DNA of 64,000 bases, from positions 7,502,001 to 7,566,000 of the forward strand of contig OZ176054.1 of the NCBI GenBank assembly GCA_964247055.1, given 5' to 3'. Position 1 is the stretch's first letter. Every line of letters starts with the position of its first letter. The notes under the pieces are model-generated. The model saw only the letters and a program-made list of their open reading frames with translations, was not told the origin of the DNA and searched no databases. This document shows positions 1 to 14,066 of the stretch, piece by piece. This DNA comes from Paragordius varius. Lineage: Eukaryota; Animalia; Nematomorpha. The position numbers and the translations under genes were made by a program.

Positions 1-121
1 ATTGACAAAAAGCGCAAAAATAGATCTTGCATAGAAATTATACTAAAATGATTTCATAAATATTTGTTAAATCTGAAAATTAATGGAAATATTTAATATA
101 ACCATCTACATATATTTTTAG

Positions 122-3100
122 TTTTTACCCTATGATGAAGTGTCCACTTTTGATTACAGCCCTTTTGAAAAAGTGTATTATGATGAAAATATCAATATGT
201 TGACTTATGAAAACTTACCTGATACTAAAGTATATATTTTAAAATGATAAAAACATTTGTACCTAATATGTGTATAATGATATATTTAATTTGAAAAAAT
301 TGGTGGAGAGCTTTTAAATGGAACGAAAATCGCATTAAAATATTTTTGAGGGAGGCAATAACGCTTTATTTTTGAGCTTTATATAAGAATTAATCCATAA
401 AATTATACTATATATGTATTTTTTTAAAATATAATTTATCACATCTTAGCATAGTAAGGTTGCACCTCATTAATTTTTTGATATATTTAGTGAAAAAAGT
501 TATTATTATCATAAACTCAATTTATAAAAAAATATAAGTGTCTTTAAAATATTATATTAAAAGGTAATAATTAAATTATGGGTAAAATCTTAAAATTCTA
601 TTGCTTAGAGCGATAATGCAAAAAACAGGTTTTGGAATTCGAAATTTATATATGCATGTATAAAAAATTATATTTCAGATCTGTTTGAATATTTTTATAT
701 ATTATCTTAAACCTGATTCACAGATATCATAAATATTTAGTAAACACTAATTAACTATAATTTTAAGTATACTTTGTTCATAAAAATAATTGAATTAATT
801 ATTTTGGACTTGTCCAAAAACGTAAGTGCTCTTCAATTTAATTCGGAATTTTAACAAAATTTTTTATTGTATTGTTTTGTACTAGACATTAAAATTTTTA
901 TTGATATGAACAAATCAATTATTCCAATCCTTTTCCATTGAACAATTTTAAATCTACTTTAAACACTGATCTTGCGGAAATTATTAAACTTCCAATATGT
1001 TAAAAAAAACTGATCCTTGTAAATTATTATATAAATTGGACCGTTTTTTCGGAACCGGTATTAATCTTTAGTTCAGGTACCCTCAGTTAGATCTAGGTTA
1101 AATTTTATAACTAATGATTGTTTTAACATACATTGTTTTAGGAAAAAGCCCCAGAAGCCGTTAAACAACTCAAGTTTAATACATTAAATACCATGCAAAT
1201 TGAAGCAATGAAGCAGGCCCAGGTTTTATTTTTATTAAAACAATATATGTAATCACAGTAAAAATAGAAATCATACAGACGAAACGTAAAAATTAAAAGA
1301 AAATATTTTTTAAAAAAGAGAATCATACCTAACAACCTTGTTTTTGTGATATACCCAACTTTTTGGGTATCACAAATGTGAAATATAAATGTAAATTGGT
1401 ACGTAACACTCTCATATATTAATTTGTGATTATTGTAGTAAAGGAATGGTTTTTTTAATAAGGTATTTGATATTTAATTTTTATGTTTTGTCCGTATATA
1501 AATTTTGATATTTAAATGATTATTTAAATTATTATATTTGCACAGATTAAAGATTCGATTGCTTTTATAGAAGCGATGGCAGAGGTGGAAAAAGTAAAAA
1601 CAACTGTTTTATAAAAATATATTTCATTTGATTTTTTACTGAAATTATATAGGTTGCAGCCAATGTTTCTGAATATCAAGTCTTAAGCACGATCGAAAAG
1701 CATCGCCGGTAAAATAAACTTTTCCTTTGCAAATTTTATTAATTTTGATATTTTACTTGTTAATTCTCAAGCGTTTTTATTACCAAATGTTTTTTAATAT
1801 ATTTCGATAATAAAGTTACTAATATCCATACGTCTTATTTTTGTTCATCGAGAAAAATTTCCTTTCTAAATCAGTATCATGTAATTGTAACTTGGGTTTG
1901 ACTTCTACGATTCTGCAAAAGAATATTTAAGCAGTTAGAAATAGTATCTATTTACATTAACCAAAAACTATCTTCGTGACTACCATTTCGAATCAGATAT
2001 TCTTTTTGAAAAGAATCATGAGGCTCGGTTCGTCTCTGCATTTTTTTAACGGGTATACAGCATTTATATTAATTTGATTCTGTAACTACTCTTTTGTGAT
2101 GCGTAGTATTTTTTTGGTGTCATTTTTTGTTTTAAGAAAACTTTTACCTTTGAACCTTTGATTGTTTTTTCCATTAATCTGGTTGGCAGATATTCTTCAA
2201 AAGCTCTATTTGAATCGTTAATTAATTTTAAAACTCTACTTTTATTTAATTACTTTTAAAATGCAGGGGTTTCCATTAATTTGGTTAAATTGCAGAAAAT
2301 TAATTGTGGATAATGCTGTGATGCATATTATTAATTGTTGTGATGGGGTATTGTTTTAGTAACATTTTTAACACTTTTCGAGTTTATATAAACCCTGTTG
2401 GTTGAATGGTTGGCTGGGATAGTCGATTAACGATATTAGCAATTTTATAGGATAACTTCCCGGTTCTATTACGGGTTTTTAGCGATAATTTATGTAGGGA
2501 TATTTTCCAAGGTGATAAAATTTCGTTCGCCCAAGAATAGGTCTTCGGCCTTTTCTTTTCTTGCCGACTTTTCCTAACATTAAATCATTATTCAAGTAAT
2601 ATCCTCGAATTAAGTGACGAAAATACCTGAATTTTGGTTAATTTAGCACGTAGCGAGTATACCAAAAATCTTTTATTAAACTTTGGTTCTGATTTTATCT
2701 AATATAAATCCGAAAGTGTTTTAAATAGAAACCTAAACCACAATTGTTTGGAACTTTTTTTTATTAATAAACTTTTCCGGATTAAAAATTGATTTTAAAT
2801 TTTAATTTTCGAATGCCATTTACCCTACTAATATTGTTTTTTTATTTAAATCATAGTTATATATTTTTAGTTTTTCAGAGAATAGTAGCATATAATAAGA
2901 TTACGGATCTATTTTTGTTAGCAAAATTCAGATTCTATCAAAAAGTGACATCTAAAATGGAATAGATTATTTGACTAAAAAACAATAAAATAACCATTTT
3001 ACCAAAAAAAACGTTAGAATTGGAAATGGAAAACTTTTTTGACAACAAATCAGCCATTTATTTAACCTGTTTAAATACTTGGATCCAAAAATTAAAAGAT

Positions 3101-5877
3101 AAACTCAATTTTTACAATTCGCTAATCTAAATTTTTTTAATATATTAAGTTACTCTGATTATGTAATTATAGAAAACAGAGCAATTATTGGGGTATAAGT
3201 ATGAAAGAGTTGGCGGCTAGTGGAATTAATGCGGCCAATCCTGATCATAAACCAACTTCCACCAATCGTTCACCAATTAATCCACACGAATTTTTTGTGG
3301 TTGAAACAGGTGCCCAATATTTGTAAGTTAATTTTAGTATTATATTATATATTTAGGTTTTCAACATTGATATAGTATAAATAAATTGTTATTAAACATA
3401 GTATGTGTTTTTATGACAGGCATATTTTAAATTTTCGTATGCTTTGTACCCATCTCAAAACTATTTTTAGATGATGGGTTTTAAATCGTTTGGGGTTAAT
3501 GCCAAACAAAATGTGATTAACAGCTGAAATTATAGGTTTATGGAGCACTTTAGTGTTTTGAATTTATTCTGTTTGTATGACGTTTGACATATCCCAAAAC
3601 ATTTTTCAGATGAAAATTGACTTTTAATCAAAATATTACTTTCTATATAACAACTTTGATTTGTAATTCAAAACAATAGGTATTTATAAATTATTTAAAA
3701 CATTAATAAATATAAATAATAATTATAGTGAAGGTACGACTGTTTTGGCTCGTACGCATGTTTTTGGTGTACCCACGACCTCTCAGAAAACCTTATACAC
3801 CGCCATTCTCAAGGGATTAATCGACTATTCCAGATTTTTGTTTCCATTTAATAGAGGTACAAGGTTTTATAAATAAATTTGTGGATAAATTTATGCATTG
3901 TTAAAAATGTTTTGTTTTTATCATATTTTTCAATGATTAGCCGATGCGATTCACCTAAATGCCAAAGCACCGTTACATGAAATCTGTCACAATCATGATG
4001 GTCGAATAAGTCATGGGGTGGGTTATTTCACAAGCGCGAATGAATGTAAGTTACTCTTAAACAAGGTCAATATTATTAAAATAGATATAATATTATAAAA
4101 TTTATCAGTAATTATGACTACTAAAATATCTATTATTTCAAAAACTAAGAAAAATGTGTTTGGACAAATATTAATAAAATAGCTATTATAATTACTATTA
4201 ATTCCTTTAAATTTTGTTTATTCCATAAACAATTTTTAATTAAATTATTGTTTCAGATCCTACAGACCTCAGTTCAGAGCATGATATAGTACCTGGAATG
4301 GTGATAACGATCGGTATGATGATTTTTCATTTGTATTAACATTAAGATTTTTATAGAGAGAGTGTTGATGCAGTCATCTTAAGATAAAGATATCGTTGTG
4401 TTTTATTTTTTGCGCCATCAACAAATTAGATATAAAATTGCTCATTGAATCTATAATTATTTGGTTTTGGAAACGAGTTTTGATTCGGGATGTAAATTAT
4501 ATCAACAACTTGTAATATAAAAATTAGAGTTTGTAAAAAAATATTTAGATCCAAAATGATTTAAAATAATTAAAAATATAAAATGTATAAAAAATATTAA
4601 ACGTATACACCATTTTATTAGATTTATTGGATTAAATACTTTCAAAAAATGTCTAAGGACTGATTTTGTTATTCTAATAAATTATGTATTTTATTGGATA
4701 TATTATTAGAGCCTAAATTGTATCTTAACGATACCGGAATAAAAATGACCAATCTTGCCATGATAAAGCATATTCCTTCTGATCCTATTTTCCAAGTATC
4801 ACTTTGTATCATATTTATATTTGTTAATATGTCTTTCCTATCTTATTAACACTTCATAACCATATTTTGATTACATTTTGTGGTGGTTATAGCTTAAACC
4901 TGCAAATAATAATCGATATGAAAGTTGTTTTGGTTAAATAATATAAGCTTATTTTTTAAAATTTCTAACTTCCCGTCCCAAATCTAGCGAGCTCCAAACA
5001 CGATCAAAATGAATCTGATTTTAAATCAATAACAAGTTATGGTAAAATGCAACCTGACAGCATTCTACACTTAATTATTTGTATTTTTAAACCATAATAT
5101 AGACCATTTATTTGCCTGTTCTATTGGCGATAAAAATGATCCTTAGAAAAAAATTGGGCCGAAAAATTTGATGAGGGTTTTTACAATTTTACATGGTTAG
5201 AAACTTTTAAATTTCGCCCAATACTTAAAATACTTTTTATTTAAACAATGGCTCTGGCATATAAAATTATTCCAAAAGGTAATGAAGTGATAATATAAAG
5301 GATGAGTAAGTATCCATTGCTAGTTTTTTTAGTTATTTCCAGGTAGCACATATAGCAAGGTATCTTTAGCTTTTATTTTTCCGCTTTTTTTTGCTTGTAG
5401 CCAATAATGAGGCTTTTTGCAGTATATACTATCCGGCAATATGTGATAAACACTAACAATGTTATTTATACTGTAATATTTGACCAAATTGTTTACAAAA
5501 GTCCCATATAAATTTTATAGATAGAGGGACAGTTTCATGGTTTTGATACATTAACCCTTATACCCTTCGAGGAAAAACTAATCGATTTTGACAAGTTAAA
5601 ATTTGACCAGGTATGGTATATTTATTCTTCTATGATTCAATCTTTCACTTTTTACATGTGGGTGTAATTAATTTATATATGTTCATTTACAATCAAATAA
5701 TTCCAAGTATGTTTTTACACAAAGGTACAATGGCTTATTGACTATTACAAAACTATAGAAAAAAAAGTGAAACCTAAACTAAGTCAACTAGGCAAAAAGT
5801 ATGTGGATGCTAGAATTTCAAAATTACTCAAAGATTATCAATGTTATGAAGCCGAAAACATTCAAACAATAATGTAA
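122..5877 (+). CDS. Xaa-Pro aminopeptidase (M24B, aminopeptidase P)-like paralog A; 5'-partial, frame intact, predicted catalytically inactive
   Basis: Eleven GT-AG exons splice into one open frame: 122-229, 1142-1222, 1546-1593, 1653-1708, 3173-3322, 3729-3856, 3941-4045, 4257-4313, 4710-4795, 5521-5610, 5725-5877. Motifs IKDSIAFIEA, VETGAQYF-EGTTVLART, SHGVGYFTSANE, TIEPKLY, GFDTLTLIPFE, QWLIDYY are collinear with paralog B. The N-terminal exons lie upstream of the window. Confidence 0.85.
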
Positions 5878-6452
5878 ACTTTGTATCCAAAATAATAAAT
5901 GCATTAATCCAAAAAATTTTATTTTGCTTGCAAACAAACATAATAGGATAAAATTATTTTATAAATGATATTATTTTACTAATTTAATTATACAGTTAAA
6001 AATAGATAGAGGTGTTGGTGTAAAATACAAGTAATAATGATTTTCTTGCTTTTTCATAAGTTGATTGGCTTTATTTATAAACTATACAGTTTCTTTTTCT
6101 ATATATGAATAATAGTGTAGGTCGAGTTAGATTTCTGGTTTTTTATTAGCATTGCTTATATTAGTCCATATTAAACTCCAAACTTTGGTTTACCTTTAAT
6201 AGATTTACGGTTGCAAAGTTTAAAAGTTTATATGATGGTTAATTACAGTGATGATGTAATTATATTTCCAGTTTTTAAGCCAATTTTTCGCAAAAAATGC
6301 TTGGTTTAAATAGGGAAAAATTGATTTTGACATTAATAAAGATATAAAGACTAATTAATGGATAAAAATTTATTATAAATATAAACAGTAAATAGTTTAA
6401 TTATATATCAATTAATTCGAAATGCATATATGAAAAAGTATAATTCTTTATA

Positions 6453-9400
6453 TTAATTTGCCATTATTGGAACGTTGTTTGTGAGATTTGCTTTGTCGGA
6501 TTGAATGTTGGCCGGTGAATTTTTTTCATCAATTATCTTAAATGTAAAAAAAAATTTAATAAAACCAATTATTAATAAAATTAAATAAAAATGTAAAATG
6601 TCCAAAAATATTATTACAGATATATCCCACATCACCATTAACCCATCGATACCAACGGTTGAAAATATATCAGGGTTTCCATCAGCGCCTTTGATTAACC
6701 TAATCTCACTATTAGATACGTATTATGCGGTTAAAATTTAAATGCAAGAAAATGATAAAAAAGAAAATTAAATCTAACAAAACTATCAAAACTTTTTGTT
6801 ATAAATAAATCATTGATTCGAAAAACAGAATTTTAAAATTATAGGATATATTGGCTAAATGTTAAGATGGCCAACTTGATAGTGTTTTGGTGCAAGGTTT
6901 CAAGGGTTGTCTCAACTTGTGCAGAGGATGCGTGTTTATCCATACTTTGAAATTTACTCATAGCCCTAAATAAAATGTATATATATAATTTTAACTCTTA
7001 TAATATATTTAATTTTGGCTTGGTGAACATAGCGTAATCACACCAGACCCAAAATAAGATATGCGAAGTATTATATAAAAAATTTAAAACATTGCAAAAA
7101 TTGGTGAAAACACCATAACATATGTTAAACAAATTTATGAGTAATATGTCCCGTAAAAATACCTCCCTTTCATTATAAAAATTCTTCATCAAATTATTTA
7201 ACCAAACTCTTTTTCTAATCCAAGGCGGACAAGATAACCATAATAAGAATTAAGATTTAAATAATTTTGTTCAAGGATGTCAAAATTGCATTGCATTATG
7301 AAAATTATACATTGCATGTCCGGTGAGTTCCTTAGTTGCTGCTTTGTTAGCTACTTGATCCAATTTTCCCCAAAATGCTAGTTTTTGGTCCTGATAAGTA
7401 TATACTAGTGGACAGCAATCATAACCCTAAAACAATACAACACAAATATATATCTATAATTCGGGTAAAAATATTAAATTAAAGGTTAAAGAAAAAAGTA
7501 TATTTTTACTTTATAATTTAAATTTTAATTTATATTTTTATTTTATTTTTACGTTTGACAAAGATTACTTGTAGTAATCGAAATATTATAATAAATTTAT
7601 ATTATTTTTGCTGAATTATTCCATATATAATAAAAAAGTACTGCCGCAATCAGAAGCGATTCATTTATCCATTGTATGGTTTTACAGGGGAGGAAAGGCA
7701 TTAATTCCACAACTAATTTAACATCCTGGTTTGTCAGAATATTATTGTGGTGTAAATTGGTTTGTGGCTGCTGTACTGAACTATCATGATTGTTAAGAGA
7801 CTGCATAATGTAAAACATAATATTTAAAGTGATCAAATTATTAATAAACCATTTCACAATATAAAAACTGTAAATTTTTGGAATTTTACATTTGCAACAA
7901 AAATTTTATTTATATGAGTGTAAATTATTGTTAAACTTTCTCTAAAAATATAAAATTCTTGTTATTTTATGTATAACATTTTCATTGTTTTAACATATAA
8001 CCGTTTCCCATAATGCACATTATTAAAAAGTTTTGCGTATAAAAATAACCTTAATAATTAAAATTACCATGTTATCATTCTTTACCTCGTTGGTGGACAT
8101 ATCGACAACGCTGATTGTACTGTCATGTGAACACCAAGCAAGCTTTAAACCATTTGGCGAAAAATTTAATCCATAAACCCATCCCCCTAATTTATTGCCA
8201 AAAAAAATTTAAATTACGAAAAAAAATTATTTTTACAACATTAAATTATTTATTGTAGAATGACAAATTAAAATAACAAAATTTTAATACCACTAATTCC
8301 GATTCCAATTTGCCATCATAATAAATTATTTAATTTACAATAGCAAAAAATATTTTTCCAGAATTTATAACGTTAATTTAAGTAGGCTAGTTAAAAATTT
8401 AATGTGGTCTACCATATTCATTTGAAAATTCTGCCAATAGCGTCCCAAATTTATCAGCTGATCCCCAAGGTGTGTTGGTTATAACTTTATTATCGCATTC
8501 CGGCAGATTGGCAGAATATAATCTTTTATAATTTAAAAAATTATATATAAAATTTTTGAGATAAATAAGGCCCCACTATTCGTGCCAAATAGTGTAAAGA
8601 AAAAACATTAAAACCAATATTATCATCTTTATATGAAAAATTTTATTTACACCTCAAATCCTCATTGACTTTAAATTAATAACCCTTCATCCACTCTAAA
8701 ACTAAATCATGTGTTTTGGACAGACTTAAGCCACAATTGATATGAAATATTTGTTTTTGGAATATGATATCAATATTCATGTTTAAATTAATTTTTTGTA
8801 AAAAATACCAAAAAATATAGGTTATTTGTTTTTAGGGGATTACTCGATATAACAATGAATTAAAATAAATTTTGATAAAACAAAACACCTATTTAAAACT
8901 ACCAATACTTTTAAATTTTATTTAATATGAAATTGTTAATAAAATGCAATGTAAAACAGAAAAATTGATAAATTATGCCAAAAACGAATATTCTATATCT
9001 ATATAATAATTATGAATCCTACTCATGAATTAGTGATGAAATTTAAAAAGTTCAGATTTGAATTGTTCAAATGTAAGTTTGATGTGTAAATGGTATATAA
9101 ATTGAATAAAAAAAATCCAATGACTATAGTCCAAAACTGGATAAAAAGTAGTAGTATGAATCTATAGTAATATTGATGGGTATGCTAAATCTAAATTGAT
9201 TACATTTATTTTTTACCTTGTAGATTTAAGGAGTTTTGAAGTCTAAAATCTCAGTCATACCCAGTTTTTTATTCAAGTTTCCAAAGAGCAACAAGAGATT
9301 TTGTGAAATATATTTACTCGTAATTTATAATGGCTTACCTTGTACGGAAATCGGTTGATCCAACAGCGATTAAAATATTATCTGGATGCCAATCCACACA

Positions 9401-10107
9401 AGTTACAGTTGATTTGATGTTTTTCTTAATGTGTTTACTGACCCACCAATCATTCTCCTCGTCAAAATGACACACGGCCACTAATTTTGCACTACTGCCA
9501 ACTGCAAATTTATTTCCTGATCATACATAAAAAATAAAATTTTCATCAATTTTTTTATATAATTTTTTATCATTTAATTATGGCAATACATATAAATAGA
9601 TATTATTCATAAAGAAGTACGTATATAGGACAGCAAAAATTTGTATAAGCTATTAAACTCATAGTTTTAATATCAAAAAGTTATGTAATTAACTCATGAA
9701 TAATCTGAATATTGGTTGGCATATTATACAAGAGCAAAAAAACGTGCAATTATTTTTAAAATGAGAACAGGTTAAAAATGCATACCTTCTGGTGACCAAC
9801 GAACACACATAGCAGCGCGATTAATTCGCAGTAAAACTAAAGTTGGCTTCCATCCCTCCTCAAAGCAAGTCCAAACATAGGCATTCCTATCTTCGCCACA
9901 TGTAACTATTTGATTTGTTTTCGGAGACCAATCCAAAGCTGTAACGCGCAGTTCATGTTCTTCTAGGGTATCTAAAATTTCCCATGATTTTCCAGAATAT
10001 CCATAAATATGGACAAAATTATTGTTCATGCTGAGAGCAATCTGGTCACATTCATTATTCCAACAATGGCATGTTATTGGTTCCCCAAAATTATAATTCC
10101 TAGCCAT
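6453..10107 (-). CDS. ARPC1: Arp2/3 complex subunit 1 (p41, WD40)
   Basis: Exons 10107-9786, 9516-9339, 8522-8413, 8186-8086 (or 8068), 7800-7642, 7426-7311, 6965-6876, 6708-6618, 6536-6453. Motifs [81 protein letters not shown]. The start is placed at MARNYNFG, not at the ORF-track start. Confidence 0.93.
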
Positions 10108-11694
10108 ATGCTTTACACTGGTAGCGCAAATAAATGTGATACATAAATTTATGGATGACTTGGACCTTTCCATTATTCAATAACTTTATAAAATTAAAGG
10201 CATATAAAAATTTATTCTAAAGTACGCAAATTGGGGTTATAAAAAGACAAGATAAACCATGTTTACCACTTCATTACCTTTTCACTTTTTTTTGCCCAGC
10301 GTTCAATTTTGTAATACAGTTATGAAAGTTATTTTAGTTAAAATTTTACCAAACATTTTTTTCAAATATTGGAACAAATTTATATGTTTTCTAAACCAAA
10401 AGTTGTGACAGCTCTTAAACACGATTTAAACTACGGCTGATATCAAAAAATATCAAGTTTTTATTGGTAAAATGTAGCTTAAAGCTTTTTAGAGTCAATA
10501 ATTTATATTTTATAACCCTAAAATACATTTTTGTCTGTTGAAGCGATTTAAAAAATTTATTCAAAAATGGCGACATAGTTTGTGATGAGGATTTTACAAT
10601 ATTCCATTTATTAGAAAAAAAATTTGCATAATGTGCCTAAACTAAAGAAAGCATATTTTTAAATTTGTCTCAATATACTTTTTAGGATATTCGAATTGCT
10701 TGTGGTACCCCAAAAGATAAAGAACTGTTTTTTAATGCCAGCTAAAGGCTTTAACACTTTCTTACCATTAACACTTAAATACACCTTCCTTTCAATCCTC
10801 CGATTCTAATTTAGTCTTTGGGTACCCCAGGGCTGTTTAATAATATTTAAAATATGGAACAAATAGAAATCATTGGAAAAACTTGCATAAATATAACATT
10901 GTGCACCGAGAATTATTTTAAAAAATAATAATATATATTTTATGGGTAAACCCCGTAAAATTTAGTCAACATGATATGTTTGCATTAACTAAAACAATGC
11001 AATTTTTTGTTTATATCAATGTTTGATGTGATTTAAATAAAAAATGCCGTTATAATAAAAACGAACTTTGATGAATTTTCAAAACTCTATATATATTCAT
11101 AAGTGAATATCTTAATAAAAATTTTGAAGTGATAATTGTTAAGCATCATAGAATTATATAAAAAAATTTAGAATATATTAAATCGTTTTTATATCGTTCC
11201 ATCATGCCTAACAATAGTATGAAATATGCTTTAGCATAATTTTTCTAAAATTTAAATATTTGAAAAAATATTTAAAATTATGTTTTTATGAAAATTAGCA
11301 ATTTGAATTTTTTATCGCGAAATCCAGGCATTTTTGCGTTTATTTGCAATGGCCCATTTTAGAAGAACGAAAACATTAAGGACGTTTGGAGCTTTCATCT
11401 AAAAGGTAAAACTTTTGGAAAATACTGTTTTGCTTTTTATATGTAGTTTAAGATACATTTTAGGGATATTTTTTGGAATGAAGCATTTAGCTTTTACCAG
11501 AAAAATCTTCTTTAAAAAAAAGTGCGCAGATTTTGATGGTTTCTGATATGAAGCACTTACCACAAAAGTGTAAACATTCTAATATCACTCGTAAGGAGCA
11601 AAACCAAAAGCATCATGACAATTCTGATTAATTTTCCTATAACAAAATTTTAGGCTAAATGCTTTATTAAAAATATCATAAATATATATATATA

Positions 11695-11858
11695 CAGTAG
11701 CATACGGCATACATTATTAGTCCATAAAAGAAAAAAAAATGTTTTTTTTTAAAAAAACAGCCTAGTTGTATATACACATATCCATCCACTTATTTTTTAA
11801 AAAAAACATTTTATTTATTCTTTTATGGACTAATATTGTTTTATGCAATACGCTACTG
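11695..11858. mobile_element. Tc1/mariner-type MITE (TA-CAGTAG ends)
   Basis: Palindrome CAGTAGCATACGGCATAC...TAGTCCATAAAAG / CTTTTATGGACTA...ATACGCTACTG flanked by TA. A diverged sister copy lies at 17758-17871. Confidence 0.7.
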
Positions 11859-13900
11859 TATATATATATTAAAAAAAATTCAAAAGAACAAAAAAAAATA
11901 TATTAAATCATAATGTTTACATACGAAAATTTGGATTTCTTTATGGAAGCTTTTTGATATAAGGGCAAATATGCCGATATTGCGAGATATCAATTTTTAA
12001 AAAATTGCTTAATTATAGCAACATTTTGTTAAGGCCTAATTATGATATTTAAAAAATGGTGGAAACTGTAAAATATTGCTACTGAAGATTTCTATTATTA
12101 CAGAACTTTAATAAATATTTAGTTGCCTTAAGAACTATTTAAAACATAATGTTAATCAAAATTTAGTGGTGGTAGAACTCTTTAGCATTTATTTAGAGGG
12201 AAATGATTTTAAGTATATTAGAGAGTTACCATTTAGTTGGCATCATATTATAAAATGAACATAAAAATACAACGTTTTATATATTAACGTAGTTTTGAAA
12301 TTTTATCTGAACTTTTTTGGTTGATTTTGACAAGTTAAATTAGGCAAAACCACAAAAACGGCTTCATTCTACTTCTTTTGGTTTTTTTAGTTGAGGATTG
12401 TGTCAAAGCATTTTATGGATGAGTATGCAACCAGGTTTACCATACCAGTTAACACCTTTAATTGAAACATGGTCGCACAAAGTGGGCCACATATGCTGAT
12501 AGTGGGTGGATTGTTCACTCATTAATAAGTAAATTAACACGCTTCTTCACGAAGATAAGATCTTATAAAGTACATTTGACACGACTAGGTCAGTAACTAT
12601 TTATTTTATGACCATGGTCATTTAAAAAAACAGCTGTTTTATGAAGAATTGGTGTGGAAGATAGATAGTAAGATTTTATTTTTGATATATTTTATTATAA
12701 ATTAAATATTTAAATATGCTTATTTAACAATATAAAATTGTTAAACATGCATATTTATAACATTAGCATTTAAGCATATCCAGTTATTTCGAAAAACGAA
12801 ACAATCAAGCACTTTGCAAAATATTATTCCATATATGTAAACCAATAAAACGAAAAAACATCTTATAATTGAATATTAATTCATGGATGAAAGAAAGTGT
12901 AAACAAACTAGGTAAAAAATTTGAAATATCCAGTATTAAAAACTATGTTTTTGAAGATTTAGAAGGCCACAAAGTAGCAAAATTCATTTTAACAAAATTC
13001 TTGATTATATTTGATTAAATATATTTGTAAATATAAATATAAAAAAATGTATAATACAAACTTTTAGGAAAAAACATAACATTATTAGTGAAACGCAAAT
13101 GTCGTTCGAACATTATACTCATCCAATCTTGCATGATATTAAGGTAAGTAAAAAGTGATCATGACCATGATCTGACTGGGTCTGACCGGACTTTTTTGAA
13201 ACAGCAGTCAAATGCACAACCCTAGACACGACACGGACCTTGATATTAGTTAGAGGAGTAAGGAATCGCTGTTTGTGAGGTTAAAATCAAATATTGCTTT
13301 AATAACTTACGGCGAATTATCACCTTTATATGCATATATATAGCTTACAAACTTAATAGGTATATATTTATGTTAACATTAAACACAACCTCCGATGCGT
13401 TTCCCTGCTCTTATATATAAATGCGTTAGGGGGGTAAGGAATGCCTTGATAGCAGGTGGCTGACAATTTAACCACGCCACACCCTTTACTTGTGTTTATT
13501 ATCCTCTCTGAATTTTAAATTTGTAAGGTGGGGTTTTGAATAGCAGGAGGCTCCGACGATACCCTTGGCTTCGTTAATTGATATGCTAGTGACAACCGTT
13601 TATTGCTGAAGATTTGAAATCTAGGCATACATATGTTGAAATTATAAAACGAAACCGTAAAATACGGATCTGAAACACGGCCACTGACAAGGACAGTCCA
13701 CTCTAAACTACTTCAATCAGGACACCAAGATTTAATACAATTTTGTATTTGCATAATCCCATTAAATTACGCAGTAAACCCTGACCTCCACAGAGTGCTT
13801 CAAAAAAATCAATAGTCGATGTGATTTCTAAGGCGACACTGCAGGTAAAGAGGACACTTCCCAATAAATAAACCTGCTAACCATTTAAGAGAATCTAGCG

Positions 13901-14066
13901 CAATGGTGTCCAACATGCAGCCCGCAAATTTGGAAGTCCATAAATAAAATATGCTGATAAAATTTGATAATTGATATTTCCGAAACAATTTTAAAATCTA
14001 ATAAATTATTTAAAAATGCCAATATTTTCAATGCGGCCCGCAAAACCGTTTTGTTGGTGACCCCTG
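13901..14066. mobile_element. hAT-type MITE remnant
   Basis: Left end CAATGGTGTCCAACATGCAGCCCGC and right end GCGGCCCGC...GTTGGTGACCCCTG resemble CAGGGGT-type hAT ends. Related left ends occur at about 22848 and 54313. Confidence 0.55.

Noticed and set aside
1-121. IDKKRKNRSCIE at the window start resembles paralog B's TYCIR exon end
   Set aside because: No GT donor in the required phase before the stop at 49-51. It is too little context to claim an exon or a non-canonical splice site.
1950-2650. Possible Penelope/GIY-YIG retroelement relic on the minus strand (GKLSYKIANI, AETNRA)
   Set aside because: Only two short, imperfect motifs among many stops; not supportable without a search.
5551-5558. 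TTAACCCT resembling a piggyBac terminus
   Set aside because: It lies inside an in-frame exon of paralog A (DTLTLIPFE) and has no partner end.
10108-10173. ORF-track N-terminal extension of ARPC1
   Set aside because: Homology begins at MARNYNFG (10107); the extension is probably UTR.
13400-13900. GC-richer stretch as a gene or retroelement
   Set aside because: No recognisable motif in the frames I could read, and no terminal structure.
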